Source: Heteronotia binoei (lineage: Eukaryota). Taken from it: a stretch of DNA of 64,000 nucleotides. The notes beneath the pieces are model-generated. The model made no database searches. It was not told the origin of the DNA and worked only from the letters and a program-made list of their open reading frames with translations. Each line of letters begins with the position of its first letter. Within the stretch, counting starts at the first letter, position 1. Where the stretch lies: NCBI RefSeq assembly GCF_032191835.1, contig NC_083228.1:44516001-44580000 (forward strand), in the 5' to 3' direction. Position numbers and translations under genes: made by a program. Below, one piece after another: positions 23,746 through 34,207 of this stretch.

Positions 23746-24722
23746 TTGCAGGCCATGGCTGAGTGGCTCAGACTGAGTGGACTGAGACTGAATCCTGCGA
23801 AGACAGAGGTCCTCTGTTTGGGCCGTCGTGGACCGGAGGGGGAAATCCCCCTGCCGACTTTTGACGGTGCGCCGCTGACGGCGGCGGACAGGGTCAAGAG
23901 CCTGGGGGTGCTGTTGGAGCCGTCCCTAAAGATGGAGGCTCAGATAGCAACCACTGCCAAGTCCGCGTTCTTTCATCTTAGACGGGCAAGGCAGTTGGCC
24001 CCCTTCCTGGACCGTGACGACCTAGCAACAGTGATCCATGCTACGGTCACCTCGAGATTGGATTACTGCAATGCCCTCTACATGGGGCTGCCCCTGTGCT
24101 GGACCCGGAAATTGCAGCTGGTGCAGAATGCCGCAGCCCGGCTGTTATTGGGCCTCCCAAGGTGGGGGCACATCTGGCCGGGCCTTCGGGCTCTGCACTG
24201 GCTTCCAATAACATACCGAGTCCGGTACAAGGTGCTGGTCATTACCTTTAAAGCCCTATATGGCCTGGGACCTGCCTACCTGAAGGACCGTCTCTCCCCA
24301 CACGTTCCCCAGAGAGTACTGAGGTCTGGGACTCAAAACCTTCTCACCATCCCCGGGCCCAAGGAAGTCCGTCTCAAGACAACCAGAGACAGGGCCTTTT
24401 CTACAATGGCCCCCACATGGTGGAACCAGCTGCTGGAAGAGGTGAGGGCCCTGCGGGATCTTACTCAGTTCCGCAGGGCCTGTAAGACAACCCTCTTCCG
24501 GTTAGCTTATGCCGACTAGATAAATGTAGCTTATCAGATTTTAGTGAAATATACTGGATAGTTTTAATGTTAAGATTTTAAGGTTTTTAGGTTTTTTAAA
24601 TGTTTTGACTTTTAAATGTATTAACTTTGTACCTTGTTTATTGTTTTGTCGTTGTTGTGAGCCGCCCTGAGCCACTTTGTGGGAAGGGCGGGATATAAAT
24701 TATAGAATAAATAAATAAATAA
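23746..24722 (+). mobile_element. 5'-truncated L2-clade LINE in BNIP3 intron 5, sense to BNIP3
   Basis: An uninterrupted 257-codon frame carrying LNPAKTEV, TSRLDYCNALY, LQLVQNAAAR, LHWLP and RAFS..APTWWN, then a 3' UTR and an (AAAT)n tail at about 24706-24722. Confidence 0.93.
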
Positions 24723-25152
24723 AATGAGGCCCTTCCAGTTCCAACTACTTTGGTGTTTTGAATCCAGTGTTTCTCATGTGAATTAGTATTCAAGATCTGA
24801 AAGTTAAGCCTCTCTAATGGAGGTTTCATCTTTGTAAACAAATCCAGAGATGTTTCACACATGCATGTTCTTTTTCTCGTGCACCTAAATCTACCCACCC
24901 CTATTTGTGACCTGGGATTAAAAAGGAATCAAATTTGCAGAAGGAAGATTTCCTACATGGTTGCCTAAACATGATTCATCTTTGTCATAAGTCACCAGGC
25001 AAATAGCTGCTTGCAAGCTAGAATTGTCAAGCGTGCACTCACAGGCATAGAAAATGCAGTGTCAAAGCAGGAGGAAAAAAGAGGTGCTGTAGTATCTGAC
25101 ATGAAGTCCTATGAAGCACAACAGTTATTGTTTGTTATTTGTGTGTCTAAAG

Positions 25153-25204
25153 GATTTATATTGGAAGACGATTGACAACCACATCTTCCAGCAGCTCGTT
25201 ATAG
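25153..25204 (+). CDS. BNIP3: BNIP3 coding exon 6 (IYIGRRLTTTSSSSSL*), 52 nt to the TAG stop
   Basis: AG at 25151-25152; completes the GLGIYIG transmembrane motif. Exon lengths 46+178+85+107+150+52 = 618 nt, giving 205 aa plus stop. Confidence 0.95.
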
Positions 25205-25785
25205 GAGGGGGAGGAATTCCTGTCTCCTGCATCACCGTGACGACACCTGTATAGGCATGCAAACTGGTGAAGAAAAGGAACTCTCAAGTGTGCAATAGCT
25301 ATCTGGTTCTGTGTTTTTTAGTTCTGTAAATGTTGTTCTCATGGTTTAATTGTAGATGGGGAGGATGGAAACCAAAGCCAAACTCTGTGTAAGGCCCTCC
25401 TCTTTTTTTTGCACAATTCAACAACACGTGTTTTAGATTCAACATCTGAAGAGATGCTGGAGAAATGAATTAATCTTTTTATAAGCAATGGTACTAGTTT
25501 GTTTCAGGAGAAAAAAAGAATGTAACTTTCCTGTACTCCAGGTAGTGTAGCAAGGATGTGTGGTTGTTTCTTTCTGCTATACAAGACTTCACAAGGCATG
25601 CTATTGGTAGCACACCCAGTGAAGTCTGGGACAAAAGCAAATATGATCTTGCCTTACATTTTTAGAAAAAGAATAGACTCTTTTTACTTGATTTTAAACA
25701 GCTTAACATTTGCTTTAACAGTGAATCCTAAATACTTTTAATACAGGCCTGTATGCTTACGATTGGATACTTCCCTTTCTCTTTC

Positions 25786-25791
25786 AATAAA
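25786..25791 (+). terminator. Candidate proximal polyadenylation signal of BNIP3 (AATAAA)
   Basis: AATAAA about 580 nt after the stop codon. Sequence motif only. Confidence 0.5.
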
Positions 25792-26375
25792 TGTTAATGT
25801 GCTCTTGAGCTATTCATAACAGTGTATGTAGGCATAACTTTAGCATGGCAAGGCAGTGTATACTAATGCTGAAACAAAGAGGGAGAACTGTGGCATGGAG
25901 TTGATGAGGGAGTTGTGTGAGATGAGGCTACTTTCTGCTTCCTTTCTCCCGAACTGCAGTCTTCTGTGCTCCCTGAGATTGTGTTAGTGGTCTCCCAGGG
26001 ACAGTGTGCAGGGCAGAATTGTGATCTGCAGTATGAGGAGAAATTGGTAGAAATGCCCTTCTCTTTCCTCCAGTGACAAGTGCTCTTCTGTGGGCAGAAT
26101 TGCTGGTTATACTGATGGAATGGCAGTTAGGAGCCAACTATATATTACCAGTCTAGATATTTGAGAAGAATGGCAATGGCTGGTCAGACCAACAGTCCAT
26201 TCAAAGACTTTCTCTGACAAGTTCACAGATTGGGCTAGTTATGACAGCAGTTCCCAGCTATTTGTCTGTGAATCTGGAAATCAGAGAGAGAGAGAGATGG
26301 CTTCTTAACATGGTGTTTCTGTTACTGTTGTGACTATAGTGCCATTGATAAATCTGCCCTTTGTACATTTTTTTT

Positions 26376-26381
26376 AATAAA
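26376..26381 (+). terminator. Candidate distal polyadenylation signal of BNIP3 (TGTA...T-run AATAAA)
   Basis: AATAAA preceded by TGTA and a T-run. Sequence motif only. Confidence 0.4.
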
Positions 26382-27002
26382 GATACAGACGGTTATAAAT
26401 ATGTCTAAGTGCACAGTGCAGATTTGGTGATGGGGGAATTTGTTAGAAAATGAAATCAAATTTTGTAACCCACTCTGTCCAGGTACACATTAGAATGCCA
26501 TAGTGCACAGATCTGCATATTCAGCGTTTTGCTTTTTTCATAAGAGCCTGCCTGCTAAGTTAAATCCAGTTGACTCACTGTAAGGTAATGGTGTATAAGA
26601 CTGCAGCCTTGGTTTTAGACTGGAGAATAATGGAGACTGTCAGTCTGGTAGCCTTCCCACCCCATTGCAACTTCAGCATTCAACCTTAAGTGACCTCAAA
26701 TAACTGCTTCCTGGTTAGAAGGAACAGCAAAGTATTGCCTGGCATTCACCCATGTTAGCATTGTGTAATCATATCCATCGAGACAGCAAGTTTGCTTTTC
26801 TCATTGGTTTGGCCTTATCGTTTAGCAAACATGGATTTTTAATGTTTTTGTCCTTCTGGAACAGAACTGAAATTAATATAGCTGTCTTACGGTGTACAGT
26901 GGCATCTGGTGTCATCTACCTGTATAAGCAATTTGCATAATAGGGCTCCACATGCTAAGAGTTTTCCACCTTAGGTATTACTTGAAGGGGTAGGTTAGGG
27001 GG

Positions 27003-27200
27003 CGGGCGTATCTTGGCTTTATAGCAGAACATTCACTTCGCTTGTGGAAGGTCCCAGGCTCATTTTCCAGTTGCTCCATTTGAATGGCACAGATAGTAGA
27101 GAATGTGGAAGACCTCTGTCTGAGAGTTGGAATGTGGAAGATCTGGAGAGTTGCTGCCAGAGTAGGCCTTGCTGACCTTGATAGCGCAGCTTCATGTGAG
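27003..27200 (+). mobile_element. Degenerate copy of the tRNA/CR1-tail SINE family
   Basis: GAAGGTCCCAGG...GCTGCCAGAGTAG...GCAGCTTCATGTG similar to 55939-56132. Confidence 0.6.
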
Positions 27201-27249
27201 GGAGGAGGCTTCATTTTGTTTCCCCATCTCCTTTATGTGAAAAAACAAT

Positions 27250-30200
27250 TTCTTGGAACTTACCAGAAGGTTTCTTCCTTTCAGTGGGGCGAAGTCATCC
27301 AAGCTGGTTAGGTCCTGCCTCTGATTGCTCAGGTAGGGCTATGCAAATTTTGTATGGCCCCTATTGGAGAGATCATAGGCTGTCCAAACCCTGCAGTGTA
27401 GGTTCTCCGCATGTGTTTTCCTTACTGTTCCTTACTGTGATGGCATTCCTTGATGCTTTTTGAAATGGGTGGGGGTGGGAAGTGGATGACCTTGGTCTAC
27501 TGAAGAGAAGAAACCTTCAGGTAAGTTCCAGTGGTTCATTCTCCTTCAGTGGGAGAAGTCAGCTTTACCCAAGCTGTAGCTCTGAGTAGGTTCCTTCCAA
27601 GGTTTCACCACCAGCTGCAGGACACTTCTGCCAAAGGCTGCTTCTGCCAAGACTGTCTGGTCAATCCTATAATGCTTGATGAAGGTTGAGAAGGATGCCC
27701 AAGTGGCAGCTCTGCAAATCTCCACAACTGGTGCTGTTCTGGAGAAGGCTGCTGTAGCTGCTGTGGCTCTAGTTAAGCGTGTGGTAATCCTGCTGGGTGT
27801 TTTCAGGCCTTGAGCTTTGTATGTTTGAATATGCACTGTGTCACCTGGGATGCAATGGTGGATTTTGATACTCTGTTATCCAAATTTGGCTGCTATGTGA
27901 CACTAACAAAGACTCCAAGAGTCAGAAGGAAGCTCAGGTAAATGTACAGAACTCTGCACACTTCTCGCTTGTGCCAGGCTTTTCCTCCTGGATGCCTTGA
28001 GTCTGGGCCGAAGGATGGCAGTATCAGTGGCTAGTTGAGGTGGAACGCTGAATTAACTTTGGGTATGAGGAGGGTCACTTCTGTATCCTCAGTCATTAGC
28101 TTCATGTGGGACAGGACCACTTGGGACTCTCAAAAGGAAGCCATGTGGTTTTAATTTCTGTTCTCAGTACCTCATTGTTTCTTTTGTTTCGACCAGGACC
28201 TTGTCTAGGTTGAGCCTGCCAGACGAAGGGTCCACTTTTCAGTGCTTAAGCCAGATGCTCTTTCTTATTATATAAGCTGCTTGCATCCTGCTGCAAAACT
28301 GGGTTGCATCCTGGGAGGTGTCAGAGGCAAATTCTTGATGATGGCACATGCGAAATCTAAGAGGACTGCCGAGGCTGTGGTTGCTAGCAATTGCAGTTTG
28401 TGTGATTTCTTTAGTTCTTCCTCTTTCTTCCTGTTCCCTGAATAGGGTTGTCAGCCCCCCAGCAGGGGCAGGGGATTTCCTGCTTTGAGCATCTCCCTCA
28501 CTTTGGAAGATTGGGCAGTGGGAGAAAAAATGGTGGCCATCACTTGACACTCTCGAATTTCCTTCCTCCTAGTCTCTATGGTAGGCGTGAAATGGAAGGC
28601 TAGAGCACCATCACCTAGGCCGCACTCCTCGGGGGCAAGTGGCACAAATTCTGAAGCAGGTAGTGGGCAGTTTTGCCCATCCCCAGGCCCATGCAGTGCT
28701 TTGGAGTCTAGGGAGGGTGCAGGCCCTATAAAGCGGAGCGTTTTTGCCTTTCTGGCCAGTCCTCCATTCTACCTCAGTGCAACTCCACTTGGCTTTTGAA
28801 GAGAGAGAGCCTGCCTTGGAAGGACAGGAGTGAGGGTGGCTGCAGAGCTGGTGGGCGAGTGGGGTGGAAAGAAAAAGAATGTGCGATCTGTGTGCATGCG
28901 TGTATGTCAGTGTGTGAAAGAGAGAGAGAGCGCCTGCACTGGAGTGAGGAGAGAGAGAAGAATGAGTGTCTCACCCAAATCAACCAGCAGCTGAGCAAGG
29001 GGGAGAGAGAGAATGAGTGTGTGTATCTGACCCAAATCAGCTGGACACCACAGTCCTTAAAGCAGGGATGTCAAACATGAGGCCTGCAGGCCATATTGGG
29101 CCCCTGCAGGTTTCCCACCCAGCTCCTGGGGCAACTGGCTCCCTCTTACTTACTTCTCTGGGGTGCTGCTGTCATCACAGCAGAGCTAGTTTTTGCCCAG
29201 CTCCTCCTTCCTGGTTTCTGCTTTGTGTAGTAGAGAAACAAGCCGTGCCTCCCTTCCCTCCATTGGCTGAGCTCACCTCCTTTGGGAGAAAGGTGGGGGA
29301 AGGAAAGCAGACGTCAGTGCTCCTGCAACAGAACAAGAGCAAAGGCTGACTCTGCCCATGATTCCTTTAGGAACAGCAGCGTTTCATTTCAGGTATGAGC
29401 TTTTGTTCTTCAGAGAGGGTACAAGAATGAATTCTTCTGCCAAGCACAATTTACATTGAGATTGCCATGCTTTGCTGTTTTCTTTGAGGCTTGGTTTCCC
29501 TCCCTCCCTCCCTCCCATATACACAGGCTTTTTTCCCTGGGGGAACGTGGCGGAACAGAGTTCCAGAACGTCTTCATGGAAACAGTATTCTCAAAAAATG
29601 TTTAAAATTTCATAAGGGGCACCCATTGTGTTCCTCTTTGCTTTCCCTCGAGAGTTCTGGCACCTCTTTTTCCAAAAGAAAAGTCCTGCGTGTACGTGCA
29701 CGCACACACACACGCATGTAGATGTGTTAAAAGGAAAGGGCACATTTAGATAAAGGGAAAGGAGAATTAAAAATAGAGCTTCCTGCTCTTTCCTGTCTGA
29801 GTGCCTGACCCTTTGGGATGGTGGTGGTGGTGGTAAGAGCAACAGCTCCAATGAACTGAGAAGTGGGCACTAGGGGGGGGGAGATTTCCCACAACAGCCC
29901 CTGCCAACTTGCTTCATTCTTCTGGCTCCCATACAATACTTTGTGGCCAGGCTGGTACTGTCTAAGTTGTTGCAAGGGTTCCCATGCTGGTGGAAGTTGC
30001 CCCTTAAGGGCCTGCCTCATCTGTTTTGCACTTGGCAGAAACAGCATGGGGAAAAATGGCCCAGGTGCCATGTTTCAGTCTTTCTGCATGGCCGGCAGCA
30101 TGTTTGGGTCTGCCTGCATGACTGGGAATCTGGGGGAAGAGAGGCCTGCTGGGTCCCACCAAAAGGCAATTCCTGTGCCACCACTATGCCCTCTGGACTA

Positions 30201-30835
30201 GATTGGGTGCCAGCCTGGCTGTGTTCCTCCAGGTCCTATTTGCAGTATGTGTGTGTGTGTGTCTGTCTCATGGGGAAGGCCATCTGCTTTTTATCCTGCA
30301 GAGGTCTTCCATGTTTTGTGAAGCCATGCCATGGTAGTATGAGGCCTCTGGGCTGGCTGAGTGTGCTCACTCCAACTTTGTTTGGTTCAGTGGGGAGGCT
30401 GTAATCTGAAGTTTTGGGTTGCTCTCCCTGTGCAGTTGGTCTCACTGCTCCTTCAGAGATCTCTGGAGCTACCTCTCTGCTGCCTGAAGTTTTGGGTATG
30501 GGGGCTTTCCTTTGGCATCCTTCTTTATTTTTGCTGTCACAGTCAATCTTTTGGTTGGTGCTGCCATGGGTGCTTCAGCTGTGCCTAAGTTCAGGCTCCA
30601 TAGCTTGCAAAGTCTGTTGGGTGAAGTCTCCAAGGGACAGGGATTTTTTTTTAAAGGTTTTCAAGGTTTGGTGTGGAACGGAGCTCAAGCCTCCTACTTG
30701 AGCAGTAGGGCTATTTAAAATGGAGGATCAGCTTATGATCTCTCCAATAGGAGTCCACACAAAACTTGCATAGCCCTACCTGAGCAAGCTGAAGTGAGAC
30801 ATAATCAGCTTGGATGACTTCCCCCATTGGAGAAC
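27250..30835 (-). mobile_element. Second, older and internally deleted DIRS element (element B, different family), about 3.6 kb including nested insertions
   Basis: 27280-27382 is an imperfect inverted copy of 30729-30834. 27484-27563 is complementary to both termini (ICR). YR remnant at 27546-28400 includes LIPKVNSAFHLN*PLILPSF and ICRAATWASFSTFIKHY. No RT motifs found. Confidence 0.85.
29524..29688. mobile_element. MITE nested in DIRS element B
   Basis: Imperfect TIRs CAGGCTTTTT / AAAAGTCCTG and subterminal GAGTTCCAGAAC / GAGTTCTGGCAC repeats. Confidence 0.65.
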
Positions 30836-32779
30836 AGCTGCATTTGTGCAGGTTACACACACAACTTTCCTCTGCAGAGAAGGGGGTGTGCAGTACTGCT
30901 TATGTACAGCTTCATTAGTGCATGGATATCCAAATGGATGTCTGGCATTTTTTTGCTGAGATCCAAAGACATGTCACTAATTCCTGGGGTTGGATCTAGT
31001 GCTAATTTCTGGTGGAGGAATCTTTTACCAGCAGGACACAAATTTCTGATCTCTTGCAGCTTGTGGGAGACACTACCCACAGGGAATAGATTGAGGGGAG
31101 ATAGGGGGCTCACAATGAATGGGATTGGGGAGTGGTGGAAAAATCGGCAAAATCTATTAGAAGTCTACTGCTAATCCAGTTCATTAATTGCAATCTTTGA
31201 GTGCATGGGTGGCTGAAGAAAAAACAGTCTGTGTTCAGTTGTTATTACTGAGTTGTATGTACTTCTGAAATGATAATTCAAGCTGTTCTGACCTGTCTGT
31301 AGCCTTGAAGCTGGTTTTTCCTCCATCAGCTGCAGAGTTGTGAATATGCACTGCATTTTTATGTAATAGTTTGTACCATTACCTTATAAAATTATGTTAG
31401 AATACTATTGTTAAGGAAAATGGAAAAACATCAGGAACTTTCATTTAGCTATTCATAAAGTTGTGAAAAGTACTTTCTTACACATTTAATGTATATGGCA
31501 AGTGAATCATATGAAGATAATAAAATGAGTAAACATTTCTTGCTCTTTATATATTCAACAGACGTGGATAAATCTGTGAATTGCTTTTAAAGAATGCTGT
31601 AGTGGGGTTTATACCATTGTAGAATATGGCTGAAGGTGAAGTGCTATGCCTGGGCCAAGGGGAAGTCTGGTGGACCCCTTGATTGAGGCAACACTTCAAA
31701 TTATGTCATTCCATTGCTGTTGTAAGCAGGTATCAGTATCAAAGTTCATAAGCAATAAAGTTTACATGCATTTATGCTATACCCTATCCCACCATGCTTT
31801 AAAACGGCCAGAACACCATTAAGAAAAATTGTTCTAATCATCTGAATGTCAAATGAGAAACACCAGATTATACGTTTCCCACTGCTGTATATGAACCACA
31901 AAGTACAGGTGACCTACATTGTTAGTCTGGCATAAGTAGTGTTCTTGAGGTCTGATCTTAAAATATGCAAAGCTAGCAGTAAGAGATTCTTCATGTGACT
32001 TTGCACAGGTGCAGTGTCTGCTGGCACGAGAGGATGAACCCCCACTGATGCATCAAAAGGCTATGATGGGATCATAGAGGCTGTATGAGCAAAAAAGCAA
32101 CCATAGAACTTGACAGCAGGGAGGGAAAGAACCTGAGATTATCCCTTGGCCTTCTTGTGGCCACCCCCCCCCCAGTAGAATCGAGCTAGTGCTATGGAAT
32201 CAAGACGTGTCGAAATAAGTAAAATCCAGATGTATCAGCCTAGCAGTAGAATCTTAACAGCATGTATAAAGGCTTACAGTTTCCCCATTTTTTTTCTCTG
32301 CCTGTGCCTAAGTAGGCTGAAACATCCGGAGCAGAGTACAGTAAGTACAAATTTGATGATTTGTGATCAAACAGGTCAATCAAGAAAGACAGGTTGCTTA
32401 CCTGTAACTGTAGATCTTCGAGTGGTCATCTGTGCATTCACACTCATGGGATAGGGCGCCTGCGCCAATCCCCGAATCGGTACCTAAAAAGTCCAGGATT
32501 TTCTCGCGCTCGGCACCAACGGGCATGCGCAGGCGTCCCAGTGCGCATGCTCGCCGGTGCCAGCGCGAGGATCCCACCAGTTCCTTCCTGACCACTGGAA
32601 GCCCCTACTGGAGGGAGACCGTCAGCAGTGGGGAAGGAGGGTGGGTAGTGTGAATGCACAGATGACCACTCGAAGATCTACAGTTACAGGTAAGCAACCT
32701 GTCTATCTTCTTCGTGGTCTCTGTGCTTCACACTCATGGGAGATTAGCAAGCAAGACATACCTGGAGGCGGGAAGACAG

Positions 32780-33807
32780 TCAACCAGAAAAAACAGCTTG
32801 CAGCACCGCAGCTCCCAGACGAGTCCTCTGCGGAGCATGCACATCCAGCGCGTAGTGCTTCATAAAGGCATGCGGAGAGGACCAGGTGGCAGCCTTGCAA
32901 ACATCCATCGGGGAAACGCCTTTCAGAAACGCCACCGATGTTGCCATCACTCTTGTAGAGTGTACGCGAATAGGCCCAGGTAGTGGCTTCTTTGCCAACA
33001 AATAACACAGTTTAAGTCTCAGTGAGCCATTTTGAAAGCCGCTGAGACGAGATTCCGGAACCTAACTTAGGAGCAGCATAAGAAACAAAAAGATGCTGGT
33101 CCTTATGAAAACTCTTGGGAGCAACTCAAATAAAACAATAAGGCATGCTTAACATCCAGAGTATGCAGCCTATGTTCCTCTTCTGAGGAAGGTGTAGGAT
33201 AAAACGTGGGCAACCAAACTTCTAAGTTAAGGTGGAACTGAGAAACCACCTTGGGGAGAAAAGAAATCTCAGGAGCTAAACAAACTCAAGACTCCTGAAA
33301 AACTAGATATGGATAGTCGCAATGCATAGCTGTGAGCTCCCCTACACGGTGTGCTGATGTGATGGCAACCAAAAAAGCAGTCTTCCAAGATAGAAGCTGT
33401 AACGTGCATGTGGCCATTGGCTCAAAAGGACGCTGAGTCAGCCTGTCCAACACTAGAGTCAAATCCCACAACTGTGGGGGTGATCTCGATAGAGGATGAA
33501 GCCTAAGCAAACCCTTCAAAAATCTCTTAGAATGAGGGTGTGCAAAAACGGAATGCCCCTCCACTGGTTCATGGAATGCAGATATTGCCGCCAGATAAAC
33601 TTTAATGGAGGAAAAAACAAGGCCAGCATCCACCAGAGATAACAAAAATTCAAAAATAACTGGCAGTCCCACCCTCTGGGGTGAAACTGTAGGATCAACT
33701 AAAAACTTCCGCCACTTCCTATCATAGGAAGTGCGGGTAGACAGCTTCCTGCTGTTCAGGAGAACGTGTTGGACTCTGCTGGAGAACTCACAGGGTCGAT
33801 GAACCAC
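32780..33807 (-). pseudogene. DIRS element A tyrosine recombinase, with an in-frame stop at 33286-33288 and downstream disruptions
   Basis: KTAFLVAITSAHRVGEL (catalytic R region), FLPKVVSQFHLN...LHTLDV read through the stop, HSTR (HxxR), and ATWSSPHAFMKHY (catalytic Y). Confidence 0.92.
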
Positions 33808-33817
33808 ACTGTCAGCT

Positions 33818-34207
33818 TCAGGTGGGGCACGTTGTGATGGAATACATGACCGTCCTGAGTTGACAGAAGGTCCGGTTCCGCTGGAAACTGGTAGAAGACC
33901 CCCTCGCTAGCTGGAGCAAGATCAGGAACCAGTTCTGCCGAGGCCACCACGGTGTCACCGGGATGCAGCATTGTCTCTCTCTTGCGATCTTGTTGACCAC
34001 CCTTGTCAATAGTGGCAGAGGTGGGAACAGATATAGGAACCGACCTTCCCACAGGAACAGCAGACCGTCTCCCAATGACTCTGGATCCGAGCCCCCTCTG
34101 GAGCAAACAGAGGACACTTCCGGTTCTCGGCTGTGGCAAACACGTCCACCTGAGGATACCCCCAGAGCTGAAACACGGGTTGAAGGAAGCACCACTGTAT
34201 CTCCCAC
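33818..34207 (-). pseudogene. DIRS element A Dam-like DNA N6-adenine methyltransferase-type domain
   Basis: VDVFATAENRKCPLF (ORF 34006..34284) followed by LYLFPPLPLL...VTPWWPRQNWF, in the position after RNase H where DIRS1-like elements carry an MT domain. Confidence 0.8.

Noticed and set aside
23746-24519. Independent 257-aa protein-coding gene
   Set aside because: It is the C-terminal part of an L2 ORF2. It starts at a TTG at the truncation point and is followed by the LINE 3' tail.
14030-25204. BNIP3L/NIX as the identity of the + strand gene
   Set aside because: The N-terminus, [25 protein letters not shown], exon sizes and adjacency to PPP2R2D all match BNIP3.
29727-30718. Cluster of overlapping 70-150 aa ORFs
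   Set aside because: They lie inside the ITRs of DIRS element B, probably decayed 5'/gag sequence, and show no recognisable protein motifs.
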